A stretch of 64,000 nt of DNA from Camelus dromedarius (GCF_036321535.1 NC_087437.1:29452001-29516000), one strand, 5' to 3'; counted from the stretch's first letter, positions 49,780-62,232 are shown. The notes: a model not told the origin generated them from the letters alone. A program made the numbers and translations.

Positions 49780-52270
49780 AATGAACAGGATAAGTGTGTG
49801 GAAACAAAGAATCAGATCCACAGAGACATTAGATATTGACATCAACAAAAAAAGAAAAAAGAAGTATGTGTAATTTTTAAAGATATAGAAGAAATAATTC
49901 TAAGCTTGAATTAGGAAAAAGAGACCATCAAATATGACTGGATGTATCTGAAAAAGAGCCAAATAGAAACTTCTATAAATAAAAATACTAGCCTGGAATT
50001 TGATAACTGGATTCTAACACGCAAAGAAAATGGTCCAAAATTTGCTAACATACTTCTCAAGTAGAATATTTGAGGGACGTAGCAATACAAGACATATTAC
50101 AAAGGTCTAGTATTTAAAATGTGTGTCACTGTTACAAAGTTAGACTAATGCAGTTGAATAGAAAGCAGAAACACAGGTCCACTCATAGGTAACATCTTAA
50201 TATGACAGTGATGAATTTCATATCAGAGGCAAAAGAATGATATTCAGTAAATGATGAGGGGACAACTGATTATACCTGCACAAAAAACCAATTCTTGATG
50301 GATTAACAGTTTAAATAGGAAAGCCAAAAAAATTTAAACTATCATAAAAATTGAAAGAAGAATTTATCACCTTGCAGAAGGGAATGATTTCCTAAACAAG
50401 ACACAAACAGTGTGATCATTTTTTTAAAGTCTGATCAATTTCATTAGATAAAATTGAAATTTCTGTCCATCAAAAGACATCATCAAGTAAATGTAAAGAC
50501 AAGCCAAACGCTGGGAGAAGCTTTTTGCAACACATAAACAACAAAGGATGCATATTCAGAACATACAAAGAACTCAAAAGCAGTAAGAAATCCAGTAGAA
50601 AAAGAACAAAAGACAAGAAAAAGAATCATATGAAAAAATGTTCAATATCGCTAATTATAAGAGAAATACAAATCAAAACTACAATGAGGTATCACCTCAC
50701 ACTAGTCAAAATGGCTAGGATTCGAAAGTCCGTAACAGTAAATGCTGGAGAGGCTGTGGATAAAAGGGAACCCTCCTACACTGCTGGTGGGAATGTAGTT
50801 TGGTGCAGCTGCTGTGGAAAACAGTATGGAGATTCCTCAAAAGACTGAAAATAGACTTGCTATATAATCCAGCAATCCCACTCCTGGGCATATATCCAGA
50901 AGGAACCTTCATTCAAAAAGATACATGCACCCTAATGTTCATAGTAGCACTATTTACAATAGCCAAGACATGGAAACAACCTAAATGTCCACTGACAGAT
51001 GACTGGATAAAGAAGTTGTAGTATATTTATGCAATGGAATACTACTCAGCCATAGAAAAGAACAAAATAATGCCATTTGCAAAATGGATGAAACTGGAGA
51101 TTGTCATTCTAAGTGAAGTAAGCCAGAAAGAGAAAGAAAAATACCATATGATATCACTTATATGTGGAATCTAAAAAAAAAAAAAAAAAAGACACAAGTG
51201 AACTTATTTATAAAACAGAAGCAGACTCATAGACATATAAAACAGACTGTGGTTACCAGGGAGGAAACAGGGTTCAAAGGGATAAATTAGGAGTTCGAGA
51301 TTTCCAAATACTAACTATATATAGAATAGATAAACAACAAGTTTCTTCTGTATAGCACAGGGAACTATATTTAATATTTTGTAGTAAACTGTAGTGAAAA
51401 AGAATGTCAAAACGAATATATGTATGCATATGTATGACTGAAACATGCTGTACACCAGAAATTGACACATTGTAAACTGACTATACTACAATTAAAACAA
51501 AAAAAAGACATAAACAAGCCTTTCACAAATGGGCAAAACTCAAATAGCTCATATTCATTTTAAAAGACAATACCATTAGTACTTGGGGAAATGAATACTT
51601 AAATTACAAGATACTACTTCATATCTATATATTATCAAAAACAAAACTGGTGAAGTGCTGGTGAAGATGTATAGCAATAGGAACACATATAAACATCTGG
51701 TGAGACTGTAAATTAGTATAATTACTTTGAAAAAAATCATTTGGCATTACCTACTAGAGTTAGACGTGAGCTTACTCTAAATTCCATGTATATTATCCCC
51801 AGTTAAAACCCCAGAGACATTCTCATGTACAAAAATGAGAAGACATGTAAAAGAATGCTATTTTCATAACATTAGGGAAAAAAAAAAAGACTTGGAAACA
51901 GCCCAAATACTCATTGACCAGAGAATAAATACACATGTTGCAGTCATTCCACAGAACATTGCCATTCAACATGAATTAACCAGAGCAACATGCATCAACA
52001 TGGATGATTCTCATCAACATAGTGTGTTACATAAAGCAAGATGTGAGAAAATAATATACAGTATATTATCATACTGCATATTATATGTATACACATTTCA
52101 TAAATATCCCAAACTAATTATATTCTTAGGAATACATGCATGCATACTGAAACTGAATGAAAACCAAGGGAACTGGAAACACAAAATCCAGGGTAATATT
52201 TAGCAGAGATGCAGGGATCTGTGATGGGGAAGGGAAGAGTGGGGAATTCAGACTTCTTAACATGAGTAGT
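49780..52270 (+). mobile_element. Old L1ME remnant split by a younger L1 insertion
   Basis: L1 motifs on both sides. 'agaaaaagaacaaaagaca' (to 50615) continues as 'taaacaagcctttcacaaa' (from 51511). Confidence 0.8.
50616..51502 (+). mobile_element. Younger L1: ORF2 C-terminus, 3' UTR and A-tail (5'-truncated, frameshifted)
   Basis: Translations MKKCSISLIIREIQIKTTMRYHLT and [28 protein letters not shown]...FTIAKTWKQPKCP are the canonical L1 ORF2 C-terminus. TSD aaaagaca at 50608-50615 and 51503-51510. Confidence 0.95.
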
Positions 52271-52776
52271 AACACCCTCTTCTGGGGCATTTCAGAAGTT
52301 CATGGTTAGGAGTACACTGTATTGGCATTATTGGACTTCTGAATGTCTTGCTGAATTAAACCCCTTACAAATATAAATTGGGAATATTTTAATTCCTGAT
52401 AATACTAAGACATTTTTATAAGAAATTACTCTAAAGGCTCAGTAATGTAACAGACCTTATCCAGAGGGAAGCTTAAATGGAATCAAGACATCATCTTGAA
52501 ACTGTTTAATGTTTTACTCTGCACATGTTACCCACTTATTATATTCTAGCATTTCCAGCTACATCTTTAACTGAAAAAGGTTTCGGGATATAATGCACTG
52601 TTGGCAGCGTCCTGGGCTAGAGTGAATAATTTTGACACTACAGTTCCAAATACAGTTCTGAAGATCACTTCAGAGACTAGGGTTGACCTCATTTTCTTCT
52701 CTTGAGCAGTCTGTAATTTGACTTGAACTGCTATCCCTGCATGGTTTTGGGGTAATTTTGTTTGGTTGGTTTTGGC

Positions 52777-52804
52777 TTTTTTTTTTTTTTTTTTTTTTTT
52801 TTTT
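52777..52804. repeat. T28 homopolymer
   Basis: Read directly. Flanked on both sides by 'ttttggc'. Confidence 0.95.
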
Positions 52805-53600
52805 GGCTTTTCCTATCCTAGTAAGTTTGTAATTACTTACCCAAACTTTAGTTTGGTAAAGATAAACCCAAACTTGGTTTATCTATTTAATTCAGGTGTC
52901 CATCCTTGACTCCGTTCCCATATGGAATGGCTCTTAAATATTCTATATCCAAACAAATTCATTGTAAGCATATGAGAAGAAATGTAACTGCTCCATGAGA
53001 TCTCTAGCGTACCTGTGCCCAAACATCTACAGATTGAAATACGTTTTATTTTACTATACTTTTCTTTCTTTTTCTCTTTATATTAGTTATTTCATTACAT
53101 TCATTTTATAAAATTGTGTGTAGGTAAGTTTGTTCTGCATTTGATTATCAGATAATGCAATATTTATCATAAAAATGTGTGGTGTACAGACAGGTGGTTG
53201 CTTCACTATGATTTATTATACCGCTCCCATAGACCATCACATATGAAATATTTCGTAATAAGAAAAAGAATCCTTTTCTTCAAAGAGTACAGGAGCAGTG
53301 CAATTTCTGCATATTTTCTTAACTCTGGGGGCAGGGGCAAAGTTCATGAATACACGTGACAGAGAACTATCAACAGACTAAAATTAAAGTCCTAAGAAGG
53401 AGTGAGGGGACGATCAACATCCTTCTCCACCCACAGCCAGGTGCCGTGGAGGACGAGGAGATGCCGTTTCTAGAAAAGTCTGAAAGTCCTACCTTTTCTT
53501 AATCGTCCTTGTAAATAGTAAAAAGAGAGTAATGTATCAGTTCCTTTCCACCCTAGAGTTCATTGTTGAAAACTAGCGGTTCACACACCTGAAATCTCAC

Positions 53601-53690
53601 CTTGCCAAAATCCTTGCGCAGGTTACCACAGTCACGAGGCCGTTCTGACCTGTGGCGAAACACGCAGCGAGCGTGGCGCGCAGGCCAACT
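53601..53690 (-). other. Probable first (non-coding) exon of a minus-strand transcript
   Basis: Donor CAAG|gtgaga at 53601/53600, with an alternative TCAG|gtgtgt 12 nt further on. No ATG in this segment. TSS is approximate. Confidence 0.55.
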
Positions 53691-53724
53691 GCGCGTGCGC
53701 AGACCCTTCCTGCGCGGGAAGCTG

Positions 53725-53946
53725 GACTTCGCTGTTGTTGCAAGTGGATACATGGCGGGAGGCGGCACGGTCTGAGAGAGTGGCGAAACGAGTCGGGGAC
53801 CCAGATTTTGGAACTGGGGCCGAGAGTGAAGACATCTGTTATTACTGGAAATGGTTAAGACTGCAGTCCTTAAGCGACCGAAATAAAGATCTTGGAGCAC
53901 AGAGGAGACAAGGAGAAACGTGACCTTTCTTGGAGCTGCGTCTGAA
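53725..53946 (+). other. Probable first exon of a plus-strand transcript
   Basis: Donor GAA|gtaagt at 53946/53947 downstream of the CpG core. The first ATG (53752) opens only MAGGGTV*. TSS is approximate. Confidence 0.5.
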
Positions 53947-55113
53947 GTAAGTGCTTAACTACAATGAACATCAGATTCCTAGCTGCGCCATAGAACTACG
54001 GCAAATAAGGCAAAGAAGTGATAATGCTTACTAGAACTAGAAGCATGATTTGCAGTTGATAAAACGAGGATAATCTAATAGGCATAATTGACTTTACATC
54101 TATTTGCCTGACGTTTTAAAGTTACATAATTTCCCCCCCCCCCCCTCCGATTATGTTGGTTAGAGTGATAAATGGAAGCGAAAAGACAGCCAAGAAAAAT
54201 ATTTTATTACGAAAGTATCCTCAGGGCAGGAAAAAGAATCTTTTATTTTGCTGTGTGTGCTATTTCTGTTTGAGACAGTCGCAGTACATTATCAGATTTA
54301 AATAAAGCCTTCCACTGCCAACATTGAATTCATTTTGCAGCTTGCTTTATCACTAATGAATATCCGATTTTTTGTTTAACATTGGATAATATTTTATTTG
54401 AGGGAGAGAGGCTTTTCAAATATTTAAAAATATGAACTGAGGGTTGTTTGTTTATTTTTACAACCTATTATAAAAGTGACACATTTCATGTTATAGATTC
54501 AGTTCTGCTTTCAAGTGAGAAGATTGTCTTCTATCAGGAACATTTCCCAAATGTTTAGAATTCTACTTTGACAGTTTGGCATTGGGTATCAGAAGACTGG
54601 AACTGCAAGCAGTATTGGGATCTGAGGACTAAATTAGAGACTTCTCTCCAAATTAGTGTCTCATAAAATTTGCCAAATGTTAGACTCAAACTCTCTGCAA
54701 GATGCATTCAGTCTTGAGACAATTTTGAATATTTAAGCAGTTTTTCTTGGGAGGTGAGAAGGATATGGAATCAGTTGGCCAAACAAGACATTTTTTTCTG
54801 TACTTGGTTAATTGCATACATAATTTTACATGAAGCAAATTAGAACTCTTCTGTTACCAGTTTGACCCATACTGTATTATATAAACCATTGCTCTTGACT
54901 TTGCCCAATAATACATTTCTTGCTAAGTACAACTGAAGGTATACAAGATCAAGGATCTTCCTGAATGTTAAATGACATTACCTAAGAGCATGTGGTATTT
55001 ATCATCCCCTTCCTTTGGTATTCCTATCCAAGATCTGCATATAAGGCAGAGTCCACTAAATGTGAGGGAGACTGGGTATCACATTTACAGCCTATTCAGC
55101 ACATTTGAGTCAC

Positions 55114-58100
55114 TTTTTTTCTCTCCAGCTTTTTTGAGATATTATTGACTCTAATATATGTAAGTTTAAGTGTACAATGTGATGATTTGATACATGTAAA
55201 TATTGTAAAATGACTACCACCATAAAGTTAGTTAACACCTTCATCCCATTGTATAGTTACCTTTTTTTTTTTTTAGTGGTGTTAACTTTTAAAATCTACT
55301 CTCTTAACAAGTTTCAAGTATATAATACAGTATTGTTAATTATAGTCACCATTAGAGCCCCAGAATTTTCATTTATAGCTGTGAGTTTGTACCCTTTGAC
55401 CATCTCTTCATTTCCTCCTCCTTGCCCTGCACCAATGCCTAGCCCCTAGCAACCACCATTGTACTCTCTATGTCCGTAAATTCAGCTTTTTTAGATTCCA
55501 CATACAAGTAAAAATATACATTATTTGTCTTTCTCTGTCTGATTTATTTCACTTAGGATAGTACCCTCAAAGTCCACCCGTGTCATTGCAAAAGGCAGGA
55601 TTTCCTTCCTTTTTTACAGTTGAGTAATATTCCATTGTGTGTGTGTGTTTGTGTGTGTGTACCACACTTTCTTTTTTCACCTATTGATGGACATTTAGCT
55701 TGTTTCCATGTCTTAGCTATTGTGACTAATGCTACTATGAACATGAGAGTACAGATAACTCTTTGTGATAGTGTTTTCATTTCCTTCAGGTATATACCTA
55801 GAAGTGGAGTTGCTAGCTCATATAGTAATTTTATTTTCAGTATTTTGAGAAACCTCTGTACTGTTTTCCATAGTAGCGGTACAAAATTACATTCCCATCA
55901 ACAGTGCACAAGCATTCTCTTTTTTCCACGGACTTGCCAATGCTTGTCTCTTGCCTTTTTAATAATAACTATTCTAACAGGTGTGAGGTGATATGTCATT
56001 GTAGTTTTAATTTTCATTTCCCTGATGATTAGTAATGTCAAGCATCTTTTCACATACCTGTTAGCCAATATGTGTGTTTTCTTTGGAAAAATTTTTATTC
56101 AGGTCATTTGCCCATTTTAAAATCAGATTGTTTGTTCTGTTTGCTATTAAGTTACATGAGTTATTTGTGTATTTTGGATATCAACCTCTTAACAGATAAT
56201 TTGCAAATTTTTTTTCTATTCTGTATGTTGCTTTATTTTGCTGCTTATTTCTTTTACTGTGCAGGTTTTTAATGTTATATAGTCCCACTTGTTTATTTTT
56301 GCTCTTGTTTCTTACACTCTTGGTGTCATAACCAAAAAGTTTCGTCATAACCAAAAAGTTTCGCCAAGACCAATGTCAAGCGTTTTCTTTTGAGAGTTTT
56401 ACAGTTTCAGTCTTAAATTTATTTCAAGTTAAGTCTTTGATTTATTTCAAGTTAATTTTTGTGAGTGGGGTTAGATGGGGATCCAGTTTCATTCTACTGC
56501 ATGTGGTTGTCCAGTTTTCCTACCACCGCTGATTGGAGAGACTGTCCTTTCCCCACTGAGTGTGCTTGGCTCCCTTGTCAAATGTCAGTTGACCATATAT
56601 GTAGTTTATTTCTGGGATCTCCATTTAGTTCCATGGGTCTATAGGTCTATTTTCATGCCAGTACCATATTGATTTGATTACCATAGCTTTGTAAAAACAT
56701 TTAAAATCAGAAATTGTGATGCTTCCAGCTTTGTACAGTTGACCCTTGAACAACTTGCTTTGAATTATGCAGGTCCACTTATATGCAGATATTTTTCAGT
56801 AGTAAATGCTGCAGTACTACATGGTCCATGTTTGCTTGAATCTACAGATGCAGAGGAACCTCATCTAAGGAGGGCCAGTGATAAGTTATAGTCAGATTAA
56901 CACTCTGCTTTATTCAAGGGACACATGTACTTCTTTTCAGGATCGCTTTGGCTACATGCTTTTTCTATTTCTGTGAAAGATGTCATTGGAATTTTTATAG
57001 AGCTTGCATTGAATCTGTACATTGCTTTGGGTAGTATGGGCATTTTAGCAATATATATTCTTCTGATCCATGAACATGAGATATCTTTCCATTTATTTCT
57101 ATCTTCTTCAATTTCTTTCATAAATGTCTTGATTTTTAGTATACAGACTTTTCACCTCCTGGGTTAAATTTATTCCCAAGTATTTTATATCTTCGATGCT
57201 ATTGTAAATAGGAATGTTTATTTCTTTTTCAGATAGGTCTTTGTTAGCATATAGAGTGATGTTTGTATGTTAATTTTGTATCCTGCTTTTTCTGAACTTT
57301 GTTAATTAGTTCTAACAGCTTTTTTGGTGGAGTTTTTAGGGTTCTCTCTATATAAGATGATATCACCTGCAAACACAGACGGTTTTACTTCTTTATGATT
57401 GGTTGCCTTTTATTTCTTTTTTTTTGCCTGATTGCTCTAAGACTTCCAGTATTATGTTAAATAGGCCTAATGAGAGTAGGCACCCTTGTCTTTTTCCTGA
57501 TCTTAATGGGAAAGCTTTCAACCTTTCACTATTGAGTATGTTGTTTGTTGTGGGTTTCTCATATATAACCTTTATTATGTTAAGGTACTTTCCTTCTGCA
57601 CGCAATTTGTTAAGAGTTTTTATCTTAAATAGATGTTGAATTTAGTCAAGTGCATTTTCTGCAGCTGTTAAGATGATCATAGGATTTTAATTTTTTATTC
57701 TATTAATCTAGTGTATCACATTTATCAGTTTGCATGTGTTGAACCATTCTCATGTCCCAGGAATGAATCCCACTTGATTATGGTGTGTGATTCTTTTAAT
57801 GTACTGTTGAATTTGGTTTACTAGTATTTTGTTAAAGAGTTTTTACTTACATAAAACCTCATAGATATAAGTCTATTTTATACTAATAACTTTGCATACA
57901 AAACTTTACCCTTCTATTTCCCCACCATAACTTACGTTTTTCATGTCATAATTTACCTGTTTTTATATTGCGTATTCATTAACAAATAATTGTAGCTATA
58001 GTTTTTTAAATTATTTTTATCCTTTAAACTTTTATAGTAAAGTGATTAATATATCACCATATTACAGTACTAGAATATTCTGAATTTGACTGCATACTTT

Positions 58101-59929
58101 CTTTTACCAACATGTTTTATATTTTCATATGTTTTCTTGAAGAACTTTCAGCATTTCTTATAAAGAGGTCTTACGATGATGAAAACCCTCAGCTTTTGTT
58201 TTTTGGGGAAAGTCTTTATCTCTCCATTGTTGAATGACAGCTTTGCCAGGTAAAGATTCTTGAATAGCATTTTTTGTTTCTTTCAGCGCTGTCAATAAAT
58301 CATCCTATTCTTTCTTGATTTGCAAGATTTCTGCTAAGCAATGTACTAATAGCCTTATAGAAATTCCCTTATATGTGAGAAATTATTTTTCTCTTGATGT
58401 TTTTAAATTTTTCTCTTTGTCTTTAGACAGTTTTATTATAATGTATCTTGGACAAGATTGCTTCAGGTTGAAACTTTGGGATGACATATTAGCTCCATGA
58501 ACTTAGATATCTAAATCTCTCCCCAGACTTGGGTAGTTCTCAGCCATTATTTTTTAAATAAGCTTTCTGTTCCTTTCTCCCTCCCTTCTCCCTCTGGGTC
58601 TCCAATAATGCATAGATTGTTTATTTCAATGGTATGCCATAACTCACTTTCTTTTTTTTTTTTTTTTTTTTGCTCCTCTGACTCTATGATTTCAAATGAC
58701 CTGTCTTTCAGTTCCTAATTTTCTTCTGCTTCGTGGAGTCTGTTGAAGCTCTCTATTGAATTCTTCAGCTCAGTCATTGTAGTCTTGAATTCTAGGATTT
58801 CTGCTTGATTTTTTAAATAGTTCCTTTTTTGTTAAATTTCTCATTTTATCATGCGTTGTTTTCCTAATTTCACATAGTTATTTGTGTTTTCTTGTAGCTT
58901 ACTGCATTTCTTTTAGAGGATTATTCTGAGTTCTTTTCCAGACAGTTCATAGATCTCCATTTCTTTGGGGTTAATCATTAGAGTGTTACTAGTTTCCTTT
59001 GGTGCTGTTTTGTTTCCTCAGTTATTCGTGCTCCTTGTGGCCTGACATCGGTGTGTGCACATTTGAGGACGTAGCTTCCTCTTCTAGTCTTTACAGAGTG
59101 GCTTTAGCAGGCAAAGTCCTTTACCAGTCAGCCCATCCAGAGATTCTGGGAGGGCTGTCTGATGGTGTCCACAGGTGGGCTTGCTGCTGGAGTCCTTGGG
59201 TGACCTGGTGCTGGGTTAGGTCAGAAGCCTGGAATGGTAGTAGTCAGCCTGGCACTGGGCCCTGTCAGGACCCCAGATTCACAGGTTCTCCCCTGGAGCT
59301 TGTGCCAATGGGCTTGATTGGGTTCCTGAGGTCACACTCACTGCTCAGGGCCACAATAGAGGACCAGTGCTGGGGGGAGCCAGGAACTTGGGTTTCCTGG
59401 AGCCATGGAGTTGGCTTTCAAGGGTGGGGGTTGGGTGCTTGGGGCCGCTGGATCTGCCTGGGGCTGCAGGTGCTGGCAGGTGCTGGAATGGATTGAAGGG
59501 TGAAAGCTGTTTGGAAGCTGCTTGGGCTGCCGAAGTAGGCAGGCCTTGGAGTGAGCCAGGATCTGGGCCCTGGGGTTCCACTGGGAGCAAGCCCACAGGG
59601 AATCACTTGCAGTAGTTGGCAGGGTGGACCTGGGGTCCGTGGTGAAGTCCAGTGCTCACGTTACTGTTCTTCCATGGGAAAGTTGTCTCTCTCTAAGCTG
59701 GACTGTCTGAGCATGAGGGAGAGGAAATGGAGGCAGTGTGACTCTATCTTTTCTACCCTTTCAACATGTCTTTTCTTATTTCTGTGCTTCACACAGGTGC
59801 TGTAATCCCTCACCTGGAGTCCATTGCTCTTGTGAAGGTTTTTTCTGCAGACAGTCGTTCAAACTGATGTTTGCAGGGGGTTGGGGAACAAGGGGTGGAA
59901 ATTTCCATGCCTTTTGCTGATATCACTCT
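55114..59929 (-). mobile_element. L1MA-like element retaining both ends, with internal deletions (~4.8 kb)
   Basis: 3' end 'tttctctccagctttt..gagata' at ~55114. ORF2 relics [44 protein letters not shown] and LKAFPLRSGKRQGCLLS. ORF1-like region at ~58500-59000, GC-rich 5' UTR, and a 5'-terminal 'ccttttgctgatatcactc' motif near 59929. Confidence 0.9.
56736..56927 (+). mobile_element. Tigger2-derived MITE nested in the L1
   Basis: TIRs cagttgacccttgaa and ttcaagggacacatg. TA duplication at 56734-56735 and 56928-56929. Confidence 0.88.
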
Positions 59930-61189
59930 GGCCAACTATATCTTTCCAACAATATATAATCTTATGAATAAGAATACAGTTGTAGGTAAATGCTTTTTTG
60001 GTTCTTTCTCCAAAAGTGAAAATAGTTCATCTTTCAGCTTTGCATCTCACTGGCTGCTGGTCTTTGGATATGATTATGATCAGTGTCTTAATTTCATTAT
60101 GTGCAAAATAAGTGTCTGCATAAATGACTTCCACAGATTTTATAACCACAGCATAGTCTGTATTGTTTGGCAAGAGGTTTGCTTTCTATTTATAAAGAAA
60201 GTAAAGAGCTATGGTAGAGAATTACAGTGTATTTGAAAGAAAGAAGAGTTTGAGGTCAGCCAAAGAGGGGGTGTGATTAGATAGGAGGCCACAAAGGAAA
60301 CAAGAGACGTAAATTATAACTCTTCTTTATAAATTGACATAACCCTGTGATCTTTCTGTGTAATGTGGGATTTTATGTTAAAGAGCTTTTAAATCTGGCC
60401 TCTGTCATGGAAACTCTGAGAAATAAAGCCAAAACAAATTTTCACAAGAATAGGCATAGGGACAACAGACAAAAGAAAGAGGCAGGAAGAATCCCAGACA
60501 AACAAGAAATAATTTTCCTTCAAATAAAAACTACAATACGTTTGCAATATACATAGCATTCAAACATTCCTAGAGCTGGGAACAAAATGCCACTAAATTA
60601 TTTTACGTAGTATGTAGTTACTTAAAGTGGATACCTAGGTCAAAAGTTTTTTTACTTCCACATCCCAGCACTGTGCCTAAACTAAGCAGTCCTGAAAATG
60701 TAACTTCATGAATGGGAATTATCTAGCTTGTATCTCTACAATAGCAATGTACCGAATAAGAAATTGGACTTCTGAAGATTCTTTATGGGGGGAGGAGAGG
60801 AATCCTGAGTTTACAATGTAGTATTTTTAAAGAAAGGGAAAATTGTACAAAGACATTTGTGGTGCCAATTTTTAAAGCATCTGTGCAGATGCACTGTCGC
60901 TTTTAAATCAGGAGTCTGTAGACTGAAAATGATTCCTTTTGGTTCAGAGACCCTAACTTAGAAGAGTGATAAAACCTGGTGGACCCTGAAAGAGTGCAGT
61001 TTGTTGAATAGTTCACATGTACGTTCAGAATAGTGTCAATTGAGGGTTATAAAATGGTTATACTGACATTGATTTTTTTGTTTTTGTTTTTTACCTCCTC
61101 AGAAGTGAACTCATTAGTTCTCTTAATAGAATAAATAATAAGTAAATAAAGGATGAAAAATTCCATTTATGAAATGCCTACAGTGGGTC

Positions 61190-61500
61190 ATTCACTGTGT
61201 TAAACCCTTTGCCTACATTGCCATTTAAATCTTCTATTACATTTTGAGACATGATTATTCCCATCTACACTGAAATAAACTTGTCTGAGACCACATTAAA
61301 AATAAGTTGGGCAGGGGACAGGTATAGCTCAGTGGTAGAGTACGTGCACAAGGTCCTGGGTTCAATCCCCAGTGCCTCCATTAAAGAACTTAAACTAAAT
61401 ACATAAATAAACTTATTTACCTACCCCCTAAAAAACCAAACAAACAAAAAATAAGGGCAGAGCTTGGGTTTGAGATCAGATTCCTCTGATGCAGTCAGCA
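61190..61500 (-). mobile_element. MIR SINE split by a tRNA-derived SINE
   Basis: 'attattcccatctacac...aataagttgggca' continues as 'gagcttgggtttgagatcaga'. Confidence 0.65.
61314..61450 (+). mobile_element. tRNA-derived SINE (camelid Vic-1-like)
   Basis: A box 'tagctcagtggtagag', B box 'ggttcaatccc', tail 'aaataaacttatttacctacccc' plus A-rich end. Imperfect TSD aaaaataagttgggca / aaaaataagggca. Confidence 0.9.
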
Positions 61501-62232
61501 CTCATATCTTCTGTGCTGTATTTGTGGTCATAGCTATAAGACCCCGCTAGGTCTAGTTTCTAGATTTTACTACTAAATTAATTATGTCTAGATGAACTAG
61601 TTAACTAGTTATTACTCACTGCCTCTTCTTGGCCTGAAAAACGAGGGCAAATAGTTCTTGCCTATTTCTGAGCCATGTTCTGATGCTCCAGTAATGTTTC
61701 TGGGCTGCTTTGAATCCTTCTTTAGGTATTAATGGAAATTTTATCCTTCGAATAGGATGGATAGTTTGAGGGTCCTTTTTGCTTCCATGAAGAGAATTTT
61801 AACTACTTACAATTGAAGTTCAAGTCCCCTTACAGTTCAATATGCTATTCTTGGATATGTCACCCACTGAGCTCAGTATCATTTGGATCCAGAATTTTAT
61901 CTGAAGATAAATAGCAAATTGAGTACTTTACAAAATGCTTTACGAGCTCAAAATATAATTATTATCAATTTTAGCAATCAGCCTATTTCAGCCGTGCTAG
62001 TGTTTCATTGCTATACTCATAGATTTTTCCTGATCTTATCTCTCATTTTCACTGACCTTGAGCATGTTAATATTAGGTGAAAGCTATATATAGCATAATC
62101 CTCAATAACTACAACATAATTGTGTTGATCTGGAAATCTCAGGGTATTTAATTCTAATTCTTAATAAAAGCCATTAATTAAATTTAACAATTCATAAGGG
62201 AAAATATATGTGAAAGTGTGGCTACCCTAAAC

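Larger units (their letters stand above)
53560..54000. promoter_or_regulatory. Small CpG-rich bidirectional promoter
   Basis: The only CpG-dense stretch in the window. NRF1 TGCGCGTGCGCA 53690-53701, E2F-like TTCCTGCGCGGGAA 53707-53720, YY1 ACATGGCGG 53750-53758, X-box-like GTTACCACAGTCAC 53622-53635, and outward-facing donors on both strands. Confidence 0.85.

Noticed and set aside
50525..51021. Host CDS or active L1 ORF2
   Set aside because: A 5'-truncated, frameshifted L1 ORF2 C-terminus.
53553..53923. ORFs of 62-115 aa across the CpG region
   Set aside because: Mostly non-ATG starts. Open frames are expected in GC-rich promoter DNA, and no protein family is recognisable.
58999..59805. 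165-aa and neighbouring GC-rich ORFs
   Set aside because: They lie within the decayed L1 5' UTR/ORF1 region.
61314..61380. tRNA gene
   Set aside because: A/B boxes are present but the anticodon arm is deleted, and a SINE tail and TSD follow. It is a tRNA-derived SINE, as is 63602-63750.
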